From Thermoflavifilum sp. (GTDB lineage: Bacteria > Bacteroidota > Bacteroidia > Chitinophagales > Chitinophagaceae), in NCBI GenBank assembly GCA_023511875.1, contig JAIMAQ010000003.1, positions 189,936-253,935 of the forward strand: a stretch of 64,000 bases of DNA. Reading direction: 5' to 3'. Shown here in pieces: positions 27,918 through 38,691 of this stretch. The position numbers were made by a program, and so were the translations under genes. How positions within the stretch are numbered: position 1 is the stretch's first letter; each line of letters starts with the position of its first letter. The notes under the pieces were generated by a model. It searched no databases. It worked only from the letters and a program-made list of their open reading frames with translations, and was not told where the DNA came from.

Positions 27918-29066
27918 ATGCGTATTGGAATTGTTTGCTATCCTACTTATGGAGGAAGTGGTGTAATTGCTACTGAATTGGGTAAGGCTTTGGCCGACAA
28001 AGGCCATCTGGTGCATTTTATCACTTATCAGCAGCCTGTGAGGCTCGATCATTTTCATGCCAATATTTATTATCACGAAGTAATCGTTCCCACATATCCT
28101 TTGTTTGATTATCCTCCTTATGAATCGGCATTATCGAGTACATTAGTAGATGTAGCCTTGAATAGTCATCTCGATTTGTTGCATGTACATTATGCCATTC
28201 CCCACGCTTCCACGGCTTATATGGCCAGAGAAATTCTCAAACGTCAAGGAAAATATTTACCCGTGATCACTACTTTACATGGCACCGATATTACGCTGGT
28301 GGGTCGTGATAAGACTTATGCGCCTGTGGTTTCTTTTTCCATCAACCAATCGGATGCTATTACTGCTGTATCGCGCAACTTGCGCGACGAAACCCATCGC
28401 TCATTCGACATTCGAAAAGATATTGAGGTTATCTACAACTTCGTCGATCCCCAGCGTTTCTACCGTAGGTCGCTTCCACAATTTCGCGAGGCCATCGCAC
28501 CTCATGGCGAAAAAATTTTGGTACACGTGTCCAATTTTAGACCTATTAAGCGAGTACAAGATGTGGTTCACATTTTCCGAGAAGTACATGAAGTGGTGCC
28601 TAGCAAATTGCTGCTCGTGGGTGATGGGCCTGAACGACCAACCATAGAACGTATGTGCCGTGAGCTACAACTTTGCGATGATATTCGGTTTGTAGGCAAA
28701 CAAGAACAATTAGAAGATATTCTTTCGATCAGCGACCTATTCTTACTTCCTTCGGCATACGAGAGCTTTGGATTAGCGGCTTTAGAAGCGATGGCCTGTG
28801 AAGTGCCTGTGATTTCATCGAATGCTGGTGGATTGCCCGAGGTAAACATCAATGCTGAAACAGGTTTTCTTAGCCCTGTTGGCGATGTGCAGCACATGGC
28901 AGCACATGCCATTCAATTGTTGAGCAACGAGGAAATGCTGCAGCGTTTTCGGAAACAAGCGCTCAAAAGATCTACGCTTTTCCATCTGGAAAAAATTATT
29001 CCTCAATATGAAAACCTATATCAGCAAACGATCCAACAACAACCAGCTTTTTCCTTACAAGCTTAG
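27918..29066 (+). CDS. bshA: N-acetyl-alpha-D-glucosaminyl L-malate synthase BshA (GT4 glycosyltransferase)
   Basis: MRIGIVCYPTYGGSGVIATELGKALADKGH is the typical BshA N-terminus. The GT4 E-x7-E region is ESFGLAALEAMACEVPVI. Confidence 0.85.
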   Translation: MRIGIVCYPTYGGSGVIATELGKALADKGHLVHFITYQQPVRLDHFHANIYYHEVIVPTYPLFDYPPYESALSSTLVDVALNSHLDLLHVHYAIPHASTAYMAREILKRQGKYLPVITTLHGTDITLVGRDKTYAPVVSFSINQSDAITAVSRNLRDETHRSFDIRKDIEVIYNFVDPQRFYRRSLPQFREAIAPHGEKILVHVSNFRPIKRVQDVVHIFREVHEVVPSKLLLVGDGPERPTIERMCRELQLCDDIRFVGKQEQLEDILSISDLFLLPSAYESFGLAALEAMACEVPVISSNAGGLPEVNINAETGFLSPVGDVQHMAAHAIQLLSNEEMLQRFRKQALKRSTLFHLEKIIPQYENLYQQTIQQQPAFSLQA

Positions 29067-29075
29067 CCCATGCTA

Positions 29076-30476
29076 TCATTGCCCATTGCTGCTGAGCCAG
29101 AGTGCTGGATTCATCGATTCGGTGCCTTTGTAAATCAAGAAATGTAAATAAGTTTCGCCCGACTCATCATTGGTATACACAATACCTATGGGTTGCTTCG
29201 TTTGCACGTGTTCACCAGCCTTGACCAGCGGTTTTAATAAATTGGAATATACCGTGAAATACTGACCATGGCGGATGATCACCGTCCAGCGATTATATTG
29301 ATCAAAAGTAGCCGTAACTACATCGCCTTCAAATACCGCCCGCACGATGGCGCCTTTTTCTGTGTCTATATTCACTCCATTGTTCTCAATTTGCACATAA
29401 GAAAGCACGGGATGCTGATGGCGACCGTAAGGATCAGAGATATATCCTTTTTCCACGGGCCAAGGAAGCCTTCCTTTATTGCCTTCGAAATTGCTAGAAA
29501 TCAGCTTTTCTTCGGGGGTCTCGGTAAGTGCTGCCGATACGCTACTGCTGGCCGAGGAAGCAGCTGCACTGCTAACATCTGTTGAGCTCCTGGCTTTTGC
29601 CGACTCTGCAGCCGCTTTTCTACGCGCTTCCTCAATCTCACGCCTAATTAACGCAGCTAAGGTAGCATCGAGTTTTTTCTGAGCCCTGCGCTTTTCTTCA
29701 ATATCGGCTAAGATTTGCTTTTCCCTACCTTTTAAAGTAAGCAATAAACGATTTTTTTCTTGCTTTTCTTGTTCGAGTGCTTGCCGCTGCTTTTGTTGAT
29801 CGGAAAGAGCCTGGGTACGCTCTTGCTTGCTGGCAGAAAGTAACCTGATTTTTTCTTTTAGTAAGTCTTCCGTTTGTATGATTGATTGTGCTTGACGACG
29901 GCGATAATCGCGCAAGCGTTTCACATATGCATACCGGTGCAGGGCTTCGTTGAAACTGTTCGCCGAAAGAATGAAATGCAGATAGTCGTACATGCTGCGA
30001 TTTTTGTAGGTATATACCACCTCGCGAGCATATTCAGCCTTCAACGTATCTAAGTCGTTTTCTAAATCTTGAATATCTTGATAAGCACGGCGAATATCGC
30101 GATCAATCAAACTAATTTCATCGTTGAGGTTTTCGATGAGTCGATTCCGTAGGCTAATCTTATTTTGCAATAACTGCACCTGCCGAATAGTTTGGCTTTT
30201 GTTTTTTTGAACTTCTTTTAGATGCGCATTGGCTTCCTCCAGCTGACGTTGTAACTGTATTTTCTCCTTTTCTAATTCGGCACGGGTAGGCATGTGGGTG
30301 CCGGTCTTCTGTGCAAATAGCAACAGGCTTGGGCTTAAAACCAGAAACCCCAATAAACCAATAAAGCACATCCACTGGCGGTGCAAGCTTTTCACACGCG
30401 CAAATTTAACCAAATGCCTTGCATAGACACACAATTGCTGCAACAACCCTATCATTTTTAACATGCTTCCCTTCAA
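29076..30476 (-). CDS. M23-family murein hydrolase activator/peptidase (EnvC-like: coiled coil plus LytM domain)
   Basis: A long coiled coil is followed by a C-terminal M23/LytM-like domain (GVNIDTEKGAIVRAVFEGDV...HFLIYKG). The start is uncertain (30476 or 30371). Confidence 0.75.
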   Translation of the reverse strand: MKGSMLKMIGLLQQLCVYARHLVKFARVKSLHRQWMCFIGLLGFLVLSPSLLLFAQKTGTHMPTRAELEKEKIQLQRQLEEANAHLKEVQKNKSQTIRQVQLLQNKISLRNRLIENLNDEISLIDRDIRRAYQDIQDLENDLDTLKAEYAREVVYTYKNRSMYDYLHFILSANSFNEALHRYAYVKRLRDYRRRQAQSIIQTEDLLKEKIRLLSASKQERTQALSDQQKQRQALEQEKQEKNRLLLTLKGREKQILADIEEKRRAQKKLDATLAALIRREIEEARRKAAAESAKARSSTDVSSAAASSASSSVSAALTETPEEKLISSNFEGNKGRLPWPVEKGYISDPYGRHQHPVLSYVQIENNGVNIDTEKGAIVRAVFEGDVVTATFDQYNRWTVIIRHGQYFTVYSNLLKPLVKAGEHVQTKQPIGIVYTNDESGETYLHFLIYKGTESMNPALWLSSNGQ

Positions 30477-31351
30477 AGCTTTGTATAATGAGCAGGTATA
30501 GCAAAAGGAAAGCTTAAAGGTTGATTGAGCAAGATGGCTTGAACCTGCACATCTAGTCTCAAACGCTGCTCAGCATGAGCAGAATCGGGAACAATGAGCT
30601 GCCATCCTTGTGGAGATGAGGCCGAACCAGGGCGATAAACATACTCAATAACAGCCTCATCGCGGCTACTATCGACCACAGAAGTAAAACTATGCTGCAC
30701 GCGTAACAAGCTTTTTTGCCAGGACCCTGTAGGCATGGCAAGCCACAATTGATTGACAACACTATCGGCTTGCATGGTGAGCTGCATGGTTGTAGAATCG
30801 TATTGCAAATGCGTAATCAATGGACTGAGAAATAAAGGGTTGCCAACTAACAAATTTTGTAACATATGAAAATTCACGGGAAATCCTAGCCATTTAGATA
30901 TATCTGCGAAGCTTTTTTGATAATATTCATGTTTCAACCGATTAAGCACTGTGATGCTATCGGGGGTCACCAGGGCTCGCACCACTTCAATACCCAACAG
31001 AGCCGTAGCATTTAGCCAAATGAGGCTATCGGAACGAATGCGCAGGTTTACTACTGCATTTTGCTGTTCATCACCATGGATATAATTGACCTTCAAGCGG
31101 GCGGCATACGTTTGAAACTGCAGGGTATGCTCCTTCAGCTGATCATACCAATAGCGTGTATCCATCATCTTTTCTGCAGAAGCTGAAGTAGTAGGTGTTG
31201 AAGAAACAGCAGGTGAAACTGTTGTAGATGGATTGGCTTTGGCACCCGAAAACAAATGGCGTACAACATGGCAAGCCGTAAGAGAACTAACTGTTATCCA
31301 TCCTAACAAAACATAGCCAAGGCGTGGCATCAAAAGCCTTTCATTTCTCAT
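30473..31351 (-). CDS. DUF4292-like lipoprotein
   Basis: It has a lipobox (LTAC). It sits between a TPR gene and an M23 gene, an arrangement typical in Bacteroidota. An alternative start lies at 31330. Confidence 0.55.
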   Translation of the reverse strand: MRNERLLMPRLGYVLLGWITVSSLTACHVVRHLFSGAKANPSTTVSPAVSSTPTTSASAEKMMDTRYWYDQLKEHTLQFQTYAARLKVNYIHGDEQQNAVVNLRIRSDSLIWLNATALLGIEVVRALVTPDSITVLNRLKHEYYQKSFADISKWLGFPVNFHMLQNLLVGNPLFLSPLITHLQYDSTTMQLTMQADSVVNQLWLAMPTGSWQKSLLRVQHSFTSVVDSSRDEAVIEYVYRPGSASSPQGWQLIVPDSAHAEQRLRLDVQVQAILLNQPLSFPFAIPAHYTKL

Positions 31352-33134
31352 GCAGATATAATGTTTGAAGTTGTATTTTTTGTTGTAAAATTTCTGAGGT
31401 ATCTCCTTTTTCTACAGCCATTTTCCACGACGATATGGCATCTGCTATCCGATGCAAAGCAAACAAGATATCGCCATAATGTACCCAATAACCCGAACTA
31501 TGCTGAGCCTCTGGATGTGCAAGCGACTTTTGCATCCATTTCAAGGCTTGTGTATAATCTTTTAATTTAAACAATACCCAGGCATAAGTATCTTCATAGC
31601 TGTATTCGTCGGGTTTTAAGCTTACGGCTTTTTGAATCATCTGCAACGCTTTTTTCAAATGCTCTCCTCTTTCGGCTAAATAATAGCTATAATTATTTAA
31701 GATCAAATCATTGTTGGGATCCAAGGCAAGAGCAGCCTCAAAACAGCTATCGGATCGGCTATATAGCTGTAAATCGTTGTACACCGAACCCAATAAAGAA
31801 AGCACTTGAAGCTTCAGGTCGCGATCTTGTTGGGCTAAATTTAGCGCCTGTTGTAAAGGTTCAACGGCCTGCTGAAGGGAATGGCTCCGCACCAAAGCAG
31901 TGCCATAATAATAATACCCTTCTGGCTGAGCTGGGAAAAGCTTCATTACCTGGCGACTGAGTGTGAGTAGTTGCTGGTTTTGCTCTTCCACCGCATATGC
32001 ATTCATGAGAAACTGCCACCAAGTAATATTGCTACTATCGAGTGTAATGGCTTGAAGATAAGCCCGATTGGCGCTATCCCAGTGGCCTGCCGACATCCAA
32101 ATATCTCCATACAACGCAAAAGCCCGACTATCGGTTGGATGTGCACGAATCACCATTTGCGCCAAACGCACGGCTCCCTCGAGTTGAGAGCTATCGATTT
32201 CGATGTACTTCAAAAAAGGATATAAAAATTCAATTTTTTGCTCGATGTCGAGATCGGGATTCGCGAAAGCTTTCGACATATATCGATAATAAGCCGCTGT
32301 ATCGCCTTTGCGACGATATTGCAACGCCACGGCGATCAATCCTTGTGGATAATTGGGAAACCTGCTCAGCAAGGCTTGCCATACCACCAAAGCAGAATCA
32401 TCCATCTGATGTTCATGATAGATTTGCGCCAGCAAACGATAATAACGCGGCTCATCGGGATATTGATGAATTAACCTCCGCACTTCGGCAGCAGCAGCTT
32501 CCACACTGTCTATGGCCAAATAAATACGTTGCTTTTGATACACATACTCTTCCTGCAATCCATTGATCTTCTCGAGTTGATCAAAAATTTTTAATGCGCT
32601 GTCTTCTCGATGAAAACGCGACTCAGCAAGCAAAACACCTTCGTTATAGAGGTAATCTGTTTGATAAGGATGTTTTCGATACAAATCCGCAAAAATAGCC
32701 GCTGCTGAATCGTAGCGATGGTTCATGACCAGCAGATCGGCATAATTGATCTGATACCACCGATTGTCGGGCTCCAGAATAGTGGCTTTTCTAGCATAAA
32801 ATAAAGCTCGATCGGGCTGCTGAATCTGGGCAAACAACCGGGAAATTTCAAAATGTGCAGCTGCATTTTCAGGAGAGTAAGCCAAAAATAAAAATAAGTC
32901 AAAGAGTGCACGGTTGAAGTTGCCTTGCTGTTTATGAGTCTCCGCTGCAATAAACAAACTATCCAGATAAACTTGCTGAGAAGCCTGATCTGAAAAATGC
33001 CGTAAATGGGTAAAATGCGGATAATGCGCCGAAGAAGATAACTTTTTGGCAGAATGACAGCCGAGCAAATAAATCGTTAGCAACCCCATCCAGCAACCAT
33101 ATAGCAACAGTCTCTTCATGGCTTTTCTCACCAT
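31341..33134 (-). CDS. tetratricopeptide-repeat (TPR) lipoprotein
   Basis: It has a lipobox (LLGC) and many TPR-like A/Y/L repeats. An alternative start lies at 33119. Confidence 0.7.
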   Translation of the reverse strand: MVRKAMKRLLLYGCWMGLLTIYLLGCHSAKKLSSSAHYPHFTHLRHFSDQASQQVYLDSLFIAAETHKQQGNFNRALFDLFLFLAYSPENAAAHFEISRLFAQIQQPDRALFYARKATILEPDNRWYQINYADLLVMNHRYDSAAAIFADLYRKHPYQTDYLYNEGVLLAESRFHREDSALKIFDQLEKINGLQEEYVYQKQRIYLAIDSVEAAAAEVRRLIHQYPDEPRYYRLLAQIYHEHQMDDSALVVWQALLSRFPNYPQGLIAVALQYRRKGDTAAYYRYMSKAFANPDLDIEQKIEFLYPFLKYIEIDSSQLEGAVRLAQMVIRAHPTDSRAFALYGDIWMSAGHWDSANRAYLQAITLDSSNITWWQFLMNAYAVEEQNQQLLTLSRQVMKLFPAQPEGYYYYGTALVRSHSLQQAVEPLQQALNLAQQDRDLKLQVLSLLGSVYNDLQLYSRSDSCFEAALALDPNNDLILNNYSYYLAERGEHLKKALQMIQKAVSLKPDEYSYEDTYAWVLFKLKDYTQALKWMQKSLAHPEAQHSSGYWVHYGDILFALHRIADAISSWKMAVEKGDTSEILQQKIQLQTLYLHEK

Positions 33135-33571
33135 TTACCCGTATGCCCAAATCCTTGCATGCCACGGGCTGTAGCCGCCAATTCTTCCACGGCCTCCCAT
33201 TCTACCCGCACAAAAGGTGCTACAATCAACTGTGCAATACGCTCACCGGGCTGTATTTCTTGCGTTTCGGTAGACAAATTGATGAGCATTACCTGTATCT
33301 CGCCTCGATAATCGGGATCGATAGTTCCCGGCGCATTGAGTACTGTGAGCCCTTGCTTCCAGGCCAATCCACTTCGTGGCCGCACCTGAGCTTCATAACC
33401 AGCAGGCAACTCAATGTATAAACCTGTTGGGATCAACACCCGCTGGCCTGGCTCTACGTGAAGAGGCTCTTGCAGATTTGCGCGTAAATCCATACCAGCA
33501 GCGCCCACCGTAGCATATTGCGGAGCAGGGTAAGGAGAAAGATTGATGAGGCGAATTTTTAAAGTATCCAT
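33128..33571 (-). CDS. dut: dUTP diphosphatase
   Basis: GAAGMDLRA, RPRSGLA and GTIDPDYRGEI are the dUTPase motifs. The ATG at 33571 is preferred. Confidence 0.9.
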   Translation of the reverse strand: MDTLKIRLINLSPYPAPQYATVGAAGMDLRANLQEPLHVEPGQRVLIPTGLYIELPAGYEAQVRPRSGLAWKQGLTVLNAPGTIDPDYRGEIQVMLINLSTETQEIQPGERIAQLIVAPFVRVEWEAVEELAATARGMQGFGHTGKW

Positions 33572-33641
33572 GACATACAAAGGTAAGGTTTTGACCTACG
33601 AAGGAAATACGCGCAGGTTGTAGTGGAAAAAGAAATTTGCA

Positions 33642-34130
33642 CTAAGCTAACTCTAACAAAACGACTGCCATAGCCACAACCCCCTCTTCGCGCCCCACAA
33701 AACCCAAACGCTCGGTAGTAGTAGCTTTGATAGAAACCTGATGCGGAGCAATCCCCACAATACGGGCAATTTCCTGCTGCATGGCTGCAATATATGGCTT
33801 GATTCGGGGAGCTTGCAAGCAAACAGTGGAGTCGATATTGCTCACCCGATATCCTGCTTCTCGCACTAGATCTACCGTGCGCTCCAACAACAATCTGCTA
33901 TCCACTCCTTTCCAGGCTGAATCGGTATCAGGGAAATGGGTACCGATATCGCCTAATGCAGCAGCCCCCAACAACGCATCGCAAATAGCATGCAACAACA
34001 CATCGGCATCGCTATGCCCTACAGCTCCTTTCGAAGAAGGAATATCCACTCCTCCTAAACGCAAGCCACCGCTGACTTCGGTGGAGAGCATATGCACATC
34101 AATACCCTGGCCTATCCGAAAACCTGCCAT
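33642..34130 (-). CDS. ispF: 2-C-methyl-D-erythritol 2,4-cyclodiphosphate synthase
   Basis: The diagnostic string is GQGIDVHML...GHSDADVLLHAICDALLGAAALGDIGTHFPDTD. Confidence 0.9.
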   Translation of the reverse strand: MAGFRIGQGIDVHMLSTEVSGGLRLGGVDIPSSKGAVGHSDADVLLHAICDALLGAAALGDIGTHFPDTDSAWKGVDSRLLLERTVDLVREAGYRVSNIDSTVCLQAPRIKPYIAAMQQEIARIVGIAPHQVSIKATTTERLGFVGREEGVVAMAVVLLELA

Positions 34131-35309
34131 CTATTGCTTTTTACCAAAATCAAATAATAGGGAAAACCGTAAAGTATTCGAAAGAGGATTGCGGCGAATA
34201 CCCGATCCAGAAGGCACGAGATAAGAAAAATTCAATCCAAAATTATTGTAATTCAATCCTAAACCAGCCGTAAAATACTGCCGGTCTCCTTTGTATTTGC
34301 TTTCATGGAAATATCCAGCTCTTACGGCAAACAAATCATTATACCAATATTCTATCCCTATACTGTAGGTAACTTCTTCTAACTCTTCTTTCACCCCACC
34401 CGGTGCATCTCCAAACGATTTGAAAATGCCCTCCACCACGCCAATGTTATAGTAATTGGCTAAACCTGCCGAATCGCGCGGAGGCGTGGGCACTAATAGC
34501 TTGTTGAAATCAACCGTAAAGGTCAGCTTGTTGTATTCATCGGGCTGCGTGGTATAAGCCCCCCCAATGCCTAAATTGGTGGGTAAGAAATTCTTTTGGG
34601 TAGCACTATTGGTATAAGAAATCTTATTCCCAACATTGGTGACGGCCGCTCCAAAGCTCCAGGTATGGCTTCCCCCGTTATTATTGTCAATAGTAGCGGT
34701 ATAATAAGCCGAAATATCGCCAGCCACAGCCTGACCGGCCTTGTAGGTACTGCCATCATTGGGATTGTAGCCCGATGCTAAATTGGAGTAAATATATCGC
34801 AAAGCAATACCCAACCCCCAGTTGTCCGACAATTTTCGAGCATATCCCGCATCTAAGGCAAACTCGCGGGGGCGAAATTGCCCTTGATCCATTCCCCGAA
34901 AATCGTAAAACTGCACATTCCCAAGCGAAAAATAGCGTAGCGATGCGGCTATTGACTGAGTTTCATCTAATTGCTTGTAACCACTTAAATCGGCTAAATA
35001 TACATCGTTTACCAGCTGAGTGAGCCAGGGCGTATAAGTGACCGATACAGCACCCGGCTGTCTCGCAAAAGGAATCTTCGACAGATTCCAATATATCGAA
35101 TTGGCATCTGGCGAAATGGCTACCCCCGCATCACCCATCGCCCCACTTCGTGCATCTGGAGAAATTCGCAAAAACGGCACTGCTGTATTAATCACATTCC
35201 TCCGTCCATCAATAGATGTACTAGAATCAATTTGCTGGGCCACCGACATCAGGGGTAATAAGGGTATGCTCAAGCTCAAAAAAAGAATGACTTTGTTCAC
35301 TCGGGCCAT
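34131..35309 (-). CDS. porV: type IX secretion system outer-membrane shuttle protein PorV (LptO)
   Basis: NTAVPFLRISPDARSGAMGDAGVAISPDANS is the PorV hallmark. It has a beta-barrel pattern and lies divergent from gldJ, as in other Bacteroidota. Confidence 0.8.
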   Translation of the reverse strand: MARVNKVILFLSLSIPLLPLMSVAQQIDSSTSIDGRRNVINTAVPFLRISPDARSGAMGDAGVAISPDANSIYWNLSKIPFARQPGAVSVTYTPWLTQLVNDVYLADLSGYKQLDETQSIAASLRYFSLGNVQFYDFRGMDQGQFRPREFALDAGYARKLSDNWGLGIALRYIYSNLASGYNPNDGSTYKAGQAVAGDISAYYTATIDNNNGGSHTWSFGAAVTNVGNKISYTNSATQKNFLPTNLGIGGAYTTQPDEYNKLTFTVDFNKLLVPTPPRDSAGLANYYNIGVVEGIFKSFGDAPGGVKEELEEVTYSIGIEYWYNDLFAVRAGYFHESKYKGDRQYFTAGLGLNYNNFGLNFSYLVPSGSGIRRNPLSNTLRFSLLFDFGKKQ

Positions 35310-35670
35310 GTATGGTTCTGGTTTGGCAAATAATTTAATTCAATGTAAAACAAGGATAAACTTACAACAAAATTTTTAGTTATTGTAATTTTTACGCAAA
35401 CTAATCTTTTTTCTCAAAAAGCTGCAGATGATAAACGATTTACCCATGTGTTTATTATTTTGATTTATCAAAAAAAATAATGTTTTCTCTATCCAGATAC
35501 CTGCACACTCCGCTGTTTTCATGTCAAAATATTTCAAGCAAGCTATAATCCCTGCATGAATGAAATAGGAATTTTATATACTTTACACCCCCATTTACAC
35601 GTTAGTATGTCTCAAGCAAAATAAAAAAAATGTTTTTGCGTTTATTCAGATAAATCCAACCTGAAAAACC

Positions 35671-37206
35671 ATGCGTACTAGATTCATTTCTTTTTGGATG
35701 TGTGCAGGAGCAACGGTAATGTTGCTCGGCTCCTGCAGTATATTTAAGAAAAAGTATGAAAAGTCATCCGTTACGGGTTGGGATTACAACAATCCCAAGT
35801 GGGGCGGATTTTATGTAGCCAAAAATAAGGAACAGCAAACGGGACCTGGGCTTGTATTTGTGCAAGGTGGTACTTTCACCATGGGTGCTACCGAACAAGA
35901 TGTCATGTATCAATGGAACAACATTCCCCGTCGGGTAACGGTATCTTCGTTTTATATCGACGAAACCGAAGTAGCCAATGTGCATTACCGCGAATATCTC
36001 TTCTGGCTCAACCGTGTTTTCGGGCAAACCTATCCGCAGGTTTATCTGAAAGCCCTTCCCGATACATTGGTTTGGCGTAGCGAACTGGCCTACAATGAGC
36101 CATTGGTGGAGTATTATTTCCGCCATCCTGCCTACAATTATTACCCTGTGGTGGGTGTAAACTGGGAGCAAGCTTCTGATTTTTGCAAGTGGCGCTCTGA
36201 CCGAGTCAATGAAAAATTGCTCATCGATGCGGGCATTCTTTCCATGCAAGATATCGACAACGAACAAGCAGATAATGTGTTTACCACCAGCGCTTATTTA
36301 GCAGGTCTGTATGAAGGCACACCTGGAAAGATGGCCAATTCCCGCAAATCTCCCTATCGTAATCCCGACGGTACCCCCCGCAACGTTACCTTCGAAGATG
36401 GTCTACTCCTACCCAATTATCGGCTCCCCACAGAGGCCGAATGGGAATATGCTGCCCTGGCTTATATTGGCCAAAATCCCAACCCATCTCGTAAGGAGGG
36501 CAAACGCGGCGAAGAACTGATCATGAACCGGGAAGTCTATCCCTGGTCTATCAATCCTACCGGATTACGAGATCAGCGCAGAGGTAATTTCGAAGGACAG
36601 TTCCTGGCCAATTTCAAACGTGGCCTGGGCGACAATATGGGAGTTGCTGGAGGTTTAAATGATCGAGCTTCCATACCTGCACCAGTAAAATCGTATTATC
36701 CCAATGCATTCGGGATTTATAATATGGCGGGAAACGTTAGCGAATGGGTAGCCGATGTATACCGACAACTAACCCCTCTAGATGCCGATGGGTTTAATTA
36801 TTTCCGCGGAAATGTATTTATGGATGTATACCGCAATGCCCAGGGTGAATTCGAAAAAGATAGCCTGGGCCGCCTTAAACGCATCATAGAGCCCGATTCT
36901 ATTGCCGAAAAACGCCTAAATTATCAGCGTGCAGATGTGCGTAATTATGATGATGGCGATAGCCTTTCAGGCGCGAGTTACCAATATGGCATCACTTCTT
37001 TAATCAACAACCAAACTCGGGTCATTAAAGGTGGCTCTTGGAACGACCTGCCTTATTGGCTCTCCCCTGGCACCCGTCGCTACATGCAACAAACCATGGC
37101 CACCAATACGGTGGGCTTCCGCTGTGCCATGGACCGCGTAGGCAGCCAGGAAGGCAACGGGTTCCGTACGGGCAACTATTTCCGCCAACCCCGACAAAAA
37201 CGATAA
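35671..37206 (+). CDS. gldJ: gliding motility lipoprotein GldJ (SUMF1/FGE-like domain)
   Basis: It has a lipobox (LLGSCS) and a sulfatase-modifying-factor-like fold (YPVVGVNWEQASDFCKWRS...RVIKGGSW). It is followed by murF, as reported for gldJ loci. Confidence 0.8.
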   Translation: MRTRFISFWMCAGATVMLLGSCSIFKKKYEKSSVTGWDYNNPKWGGFYVAKNKEQQTGPGLVFVQGGTFTMGATEQDVMYQWNNIPRRVTVSSFYIDETEVANVHYREYLFWLNRVFGQTYPQVYLKALPDTLVWRSELAYNEPLVEYYFRHPAYNYYPVVGVNWEQASDFCKWRSDRVNEKLLIDAGILSMQDIDNEQADNVFTTSAYLAGLYEGTPGKMANSRKSPYRNPDGTPRNVTFEDGLLLPNYRLPTEAEWEYAALAYIGQNPNPSRKEGKRGEELIMNREVYPWSINPTGLRDQRRGNFEGQFLANFKRGLGDNMGVAGGLNDRASIPAPVKSYYPNAFGIYNMAGNVSEWVADVYRQLTPLDADGFNYFRGNVFMDVYRNAQGEFEKDSLGRLKRIIEPDSIAEKRLNYQRADVRNYDDGDSLSGASYQYGITSLINNQTRVIKGGSWNDLPYWLSPGTRRYMQQTMATNTVGFRCAMDRVGSQEGNGFRTGNYFRQPRQKR

Positions 37207-37228
37207 TCTCCTCACTCACTTCATTTTC

Positions 37229-37266
37229 AAGGCCTTTCTGAAACTGCAGAAAGGCCTTTATTTTTG
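37229..37266 (+). terminator. rho-independent terminator after gldJ
   Basis: A perfect 12-bp stem aaggcctttctg / cagaaaggcctt (37229-37240 and 37247-37258) with a 6-nt loop, followed by tattttt. Confidence 0.8.
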
Positions 37267-37305
37267 CTTACCCCACTTAACGCAATAGCAAAAACTGATG
37301 TGCCC

Positions 37306-38592
37306 ATGATCTCTATCCCCGAATTGTATACCTACTACCGCCAATACCCACATGTACAAACCGATAGCCGAAAGCTCCAACCAGGAGAAATATTTTTTGC
37401 CCTTAAAGGTCCTCATTTCGATGGACATCAGTTTGTAGCAGAAGCCCTGGAAAAAGGGGCTAGCTATGTGGTGGTCGACCGTGCAGATGCCGTCATTCAA
37501 CAAAACTGCTTATTGGTAGCCGATACCTTACGCGCACTCCAAGGTCTAGCCCGACTTCATCGTCTTCAACAAAACATTCCCTTTCTAGCTATTGGAGGTT
37601 CCAATGGGAAAACCACCACCAAAGAGCTGATCCGCTCTGTCTTGTCGACCACCTATCAAGCATATGCCACACCAGGCAATTGGAATAACCATATTGGCAT
37701 TCCCTTGACCATCTTAAGCATGCCATCCGATACCAATTTTGCCATTATTGAGATGGGCGCCAATCATCCAGGAGAAATGATGCAATATTGTGATATCGTG
37801 AACCCAACACACGGGCTAATCACCAATATTGGCAAAGATCATTTAGAAGGATTTGGAAGTGTGGAAGGAGTAAAAAAAGCCTATAATGAGCTCTACGACT
37901 ATTTGCGGCTTACAGATGGGATGGCCTTCGTTTGTCGAGACCTATCCGAGCTAGTAGAAATATCGGCAGGAATAAAACGCATGTTTACCTATGGCCAACA
38001 TCACGATGCCGATGTGAGCGGGCTTTTGGTGAGCAGTTATCCTTATTTGCAATTATTCGTTAAATCCCAGGGTAACTCATTTGAGCTAAGCACGCGGCTC
38101 ATGGGCACATATAATTTTCACAACGTGTTGGCTTCGGTGGCCGTAGGAATATATTTCGGGGTGTCTATTCCCAACATACAGGCGGGAATCGCCCAATATA
38201 TTCCCCAAAACAACCGCTCGCAAATTGTTGAAAAAGATGGAAATGTATATCTTCTGGATGCCTACAATGCCAATCCTTCTAGCATGAAAGCGGCCATTGA
38301 AAGCTTTGCCGCTATGCCAGTCAATAAAAAAGTATTGCTGCTAGGCGCCATGAAAGAATTAGGCGCGGCTAGTGAAGCCGAACATCAGGAGCTAGTACGG
38401 TTGATTGGGCAATACAATTGTTGGGATCTCGTAGCCCTCACTGGCGAAGAATTTGCAGCTATTCCACACCCCTATGTATATTTTCCAAATGCCCAAGCGC
38501 TGCGCACCTGGTGGCAACAACAGCACATCACAGGTGCTCACGTATTGGTAAAAGGTTCACGTAGCCTGGCGATGGAACAAGTTATTCACTAA
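37306..38592 (+). CDS. murF: UDP-N-acetylmuramoyl-tripeptide--D-alanyl-D-alanine ligase
   Basis: The Mur ligase P-loop is GGSNGKTTTKE, with DAYNANPSSM. The start is moved to ATG 37306 because the TTG at 37264 lies inside the terminator. Confidence 0.9.
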   Translation: MISIPELYTYYRQYPHVQTDSRKLQPGEIFFALKGPHFDGHQFVAEALEKGASYVVVDRADAVIQQNCLLVADTLRALQGLARLHRLQQNIPFLAIGGSNGKTTTKELIRSVLSTTYQAYATPGNWNNHIGIPLTILSMPSDTNFAIIEMGANHPGEMMQYCDIVNPTHGLITNIGKDHLEGFGSVEGVKKAYNELYDYLRLTDGMAFVCRDLSELVEISAGIKRMFTYGQHHDADVSGLLVSSYPYLQLFVKSQGNSFELSTRLMGTYNFHNVLASVAVGIYFGVSIPNIQAGIAQYIPQNNRSQIVEKDGNVYLLDAYNANPSSMKAAIESFAAMPVNKKVLLLGAMKELGAASEAEHQELVRLIGQYNCWDLVALTGEEFAAIPHPYVYFPNAQALRTWWQQQHITGAHVLVKGSRSLAMEQVIH

Positions 38593-38691
38593 ACATTCAC
38601 TTCATTTCAGGGCTGAGGTAAACGTTTGCCCAATGGAAAACTGAAGCAAGAATATTATCTTCCGCTCGAAAATGCCCTAACAGCTTTACCC

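Noticed and set aside
35310-35670. Specific Bacteroidota promoter (-33 TTTG / -7 TAnnTTTG) calls in the porV-gldJ and island upstream regions
   Set aside because: I could not find exact TAnnTTTG matches at sensible distances by eye. Calling promoters without a scan or transcription start site data would be guesswork.
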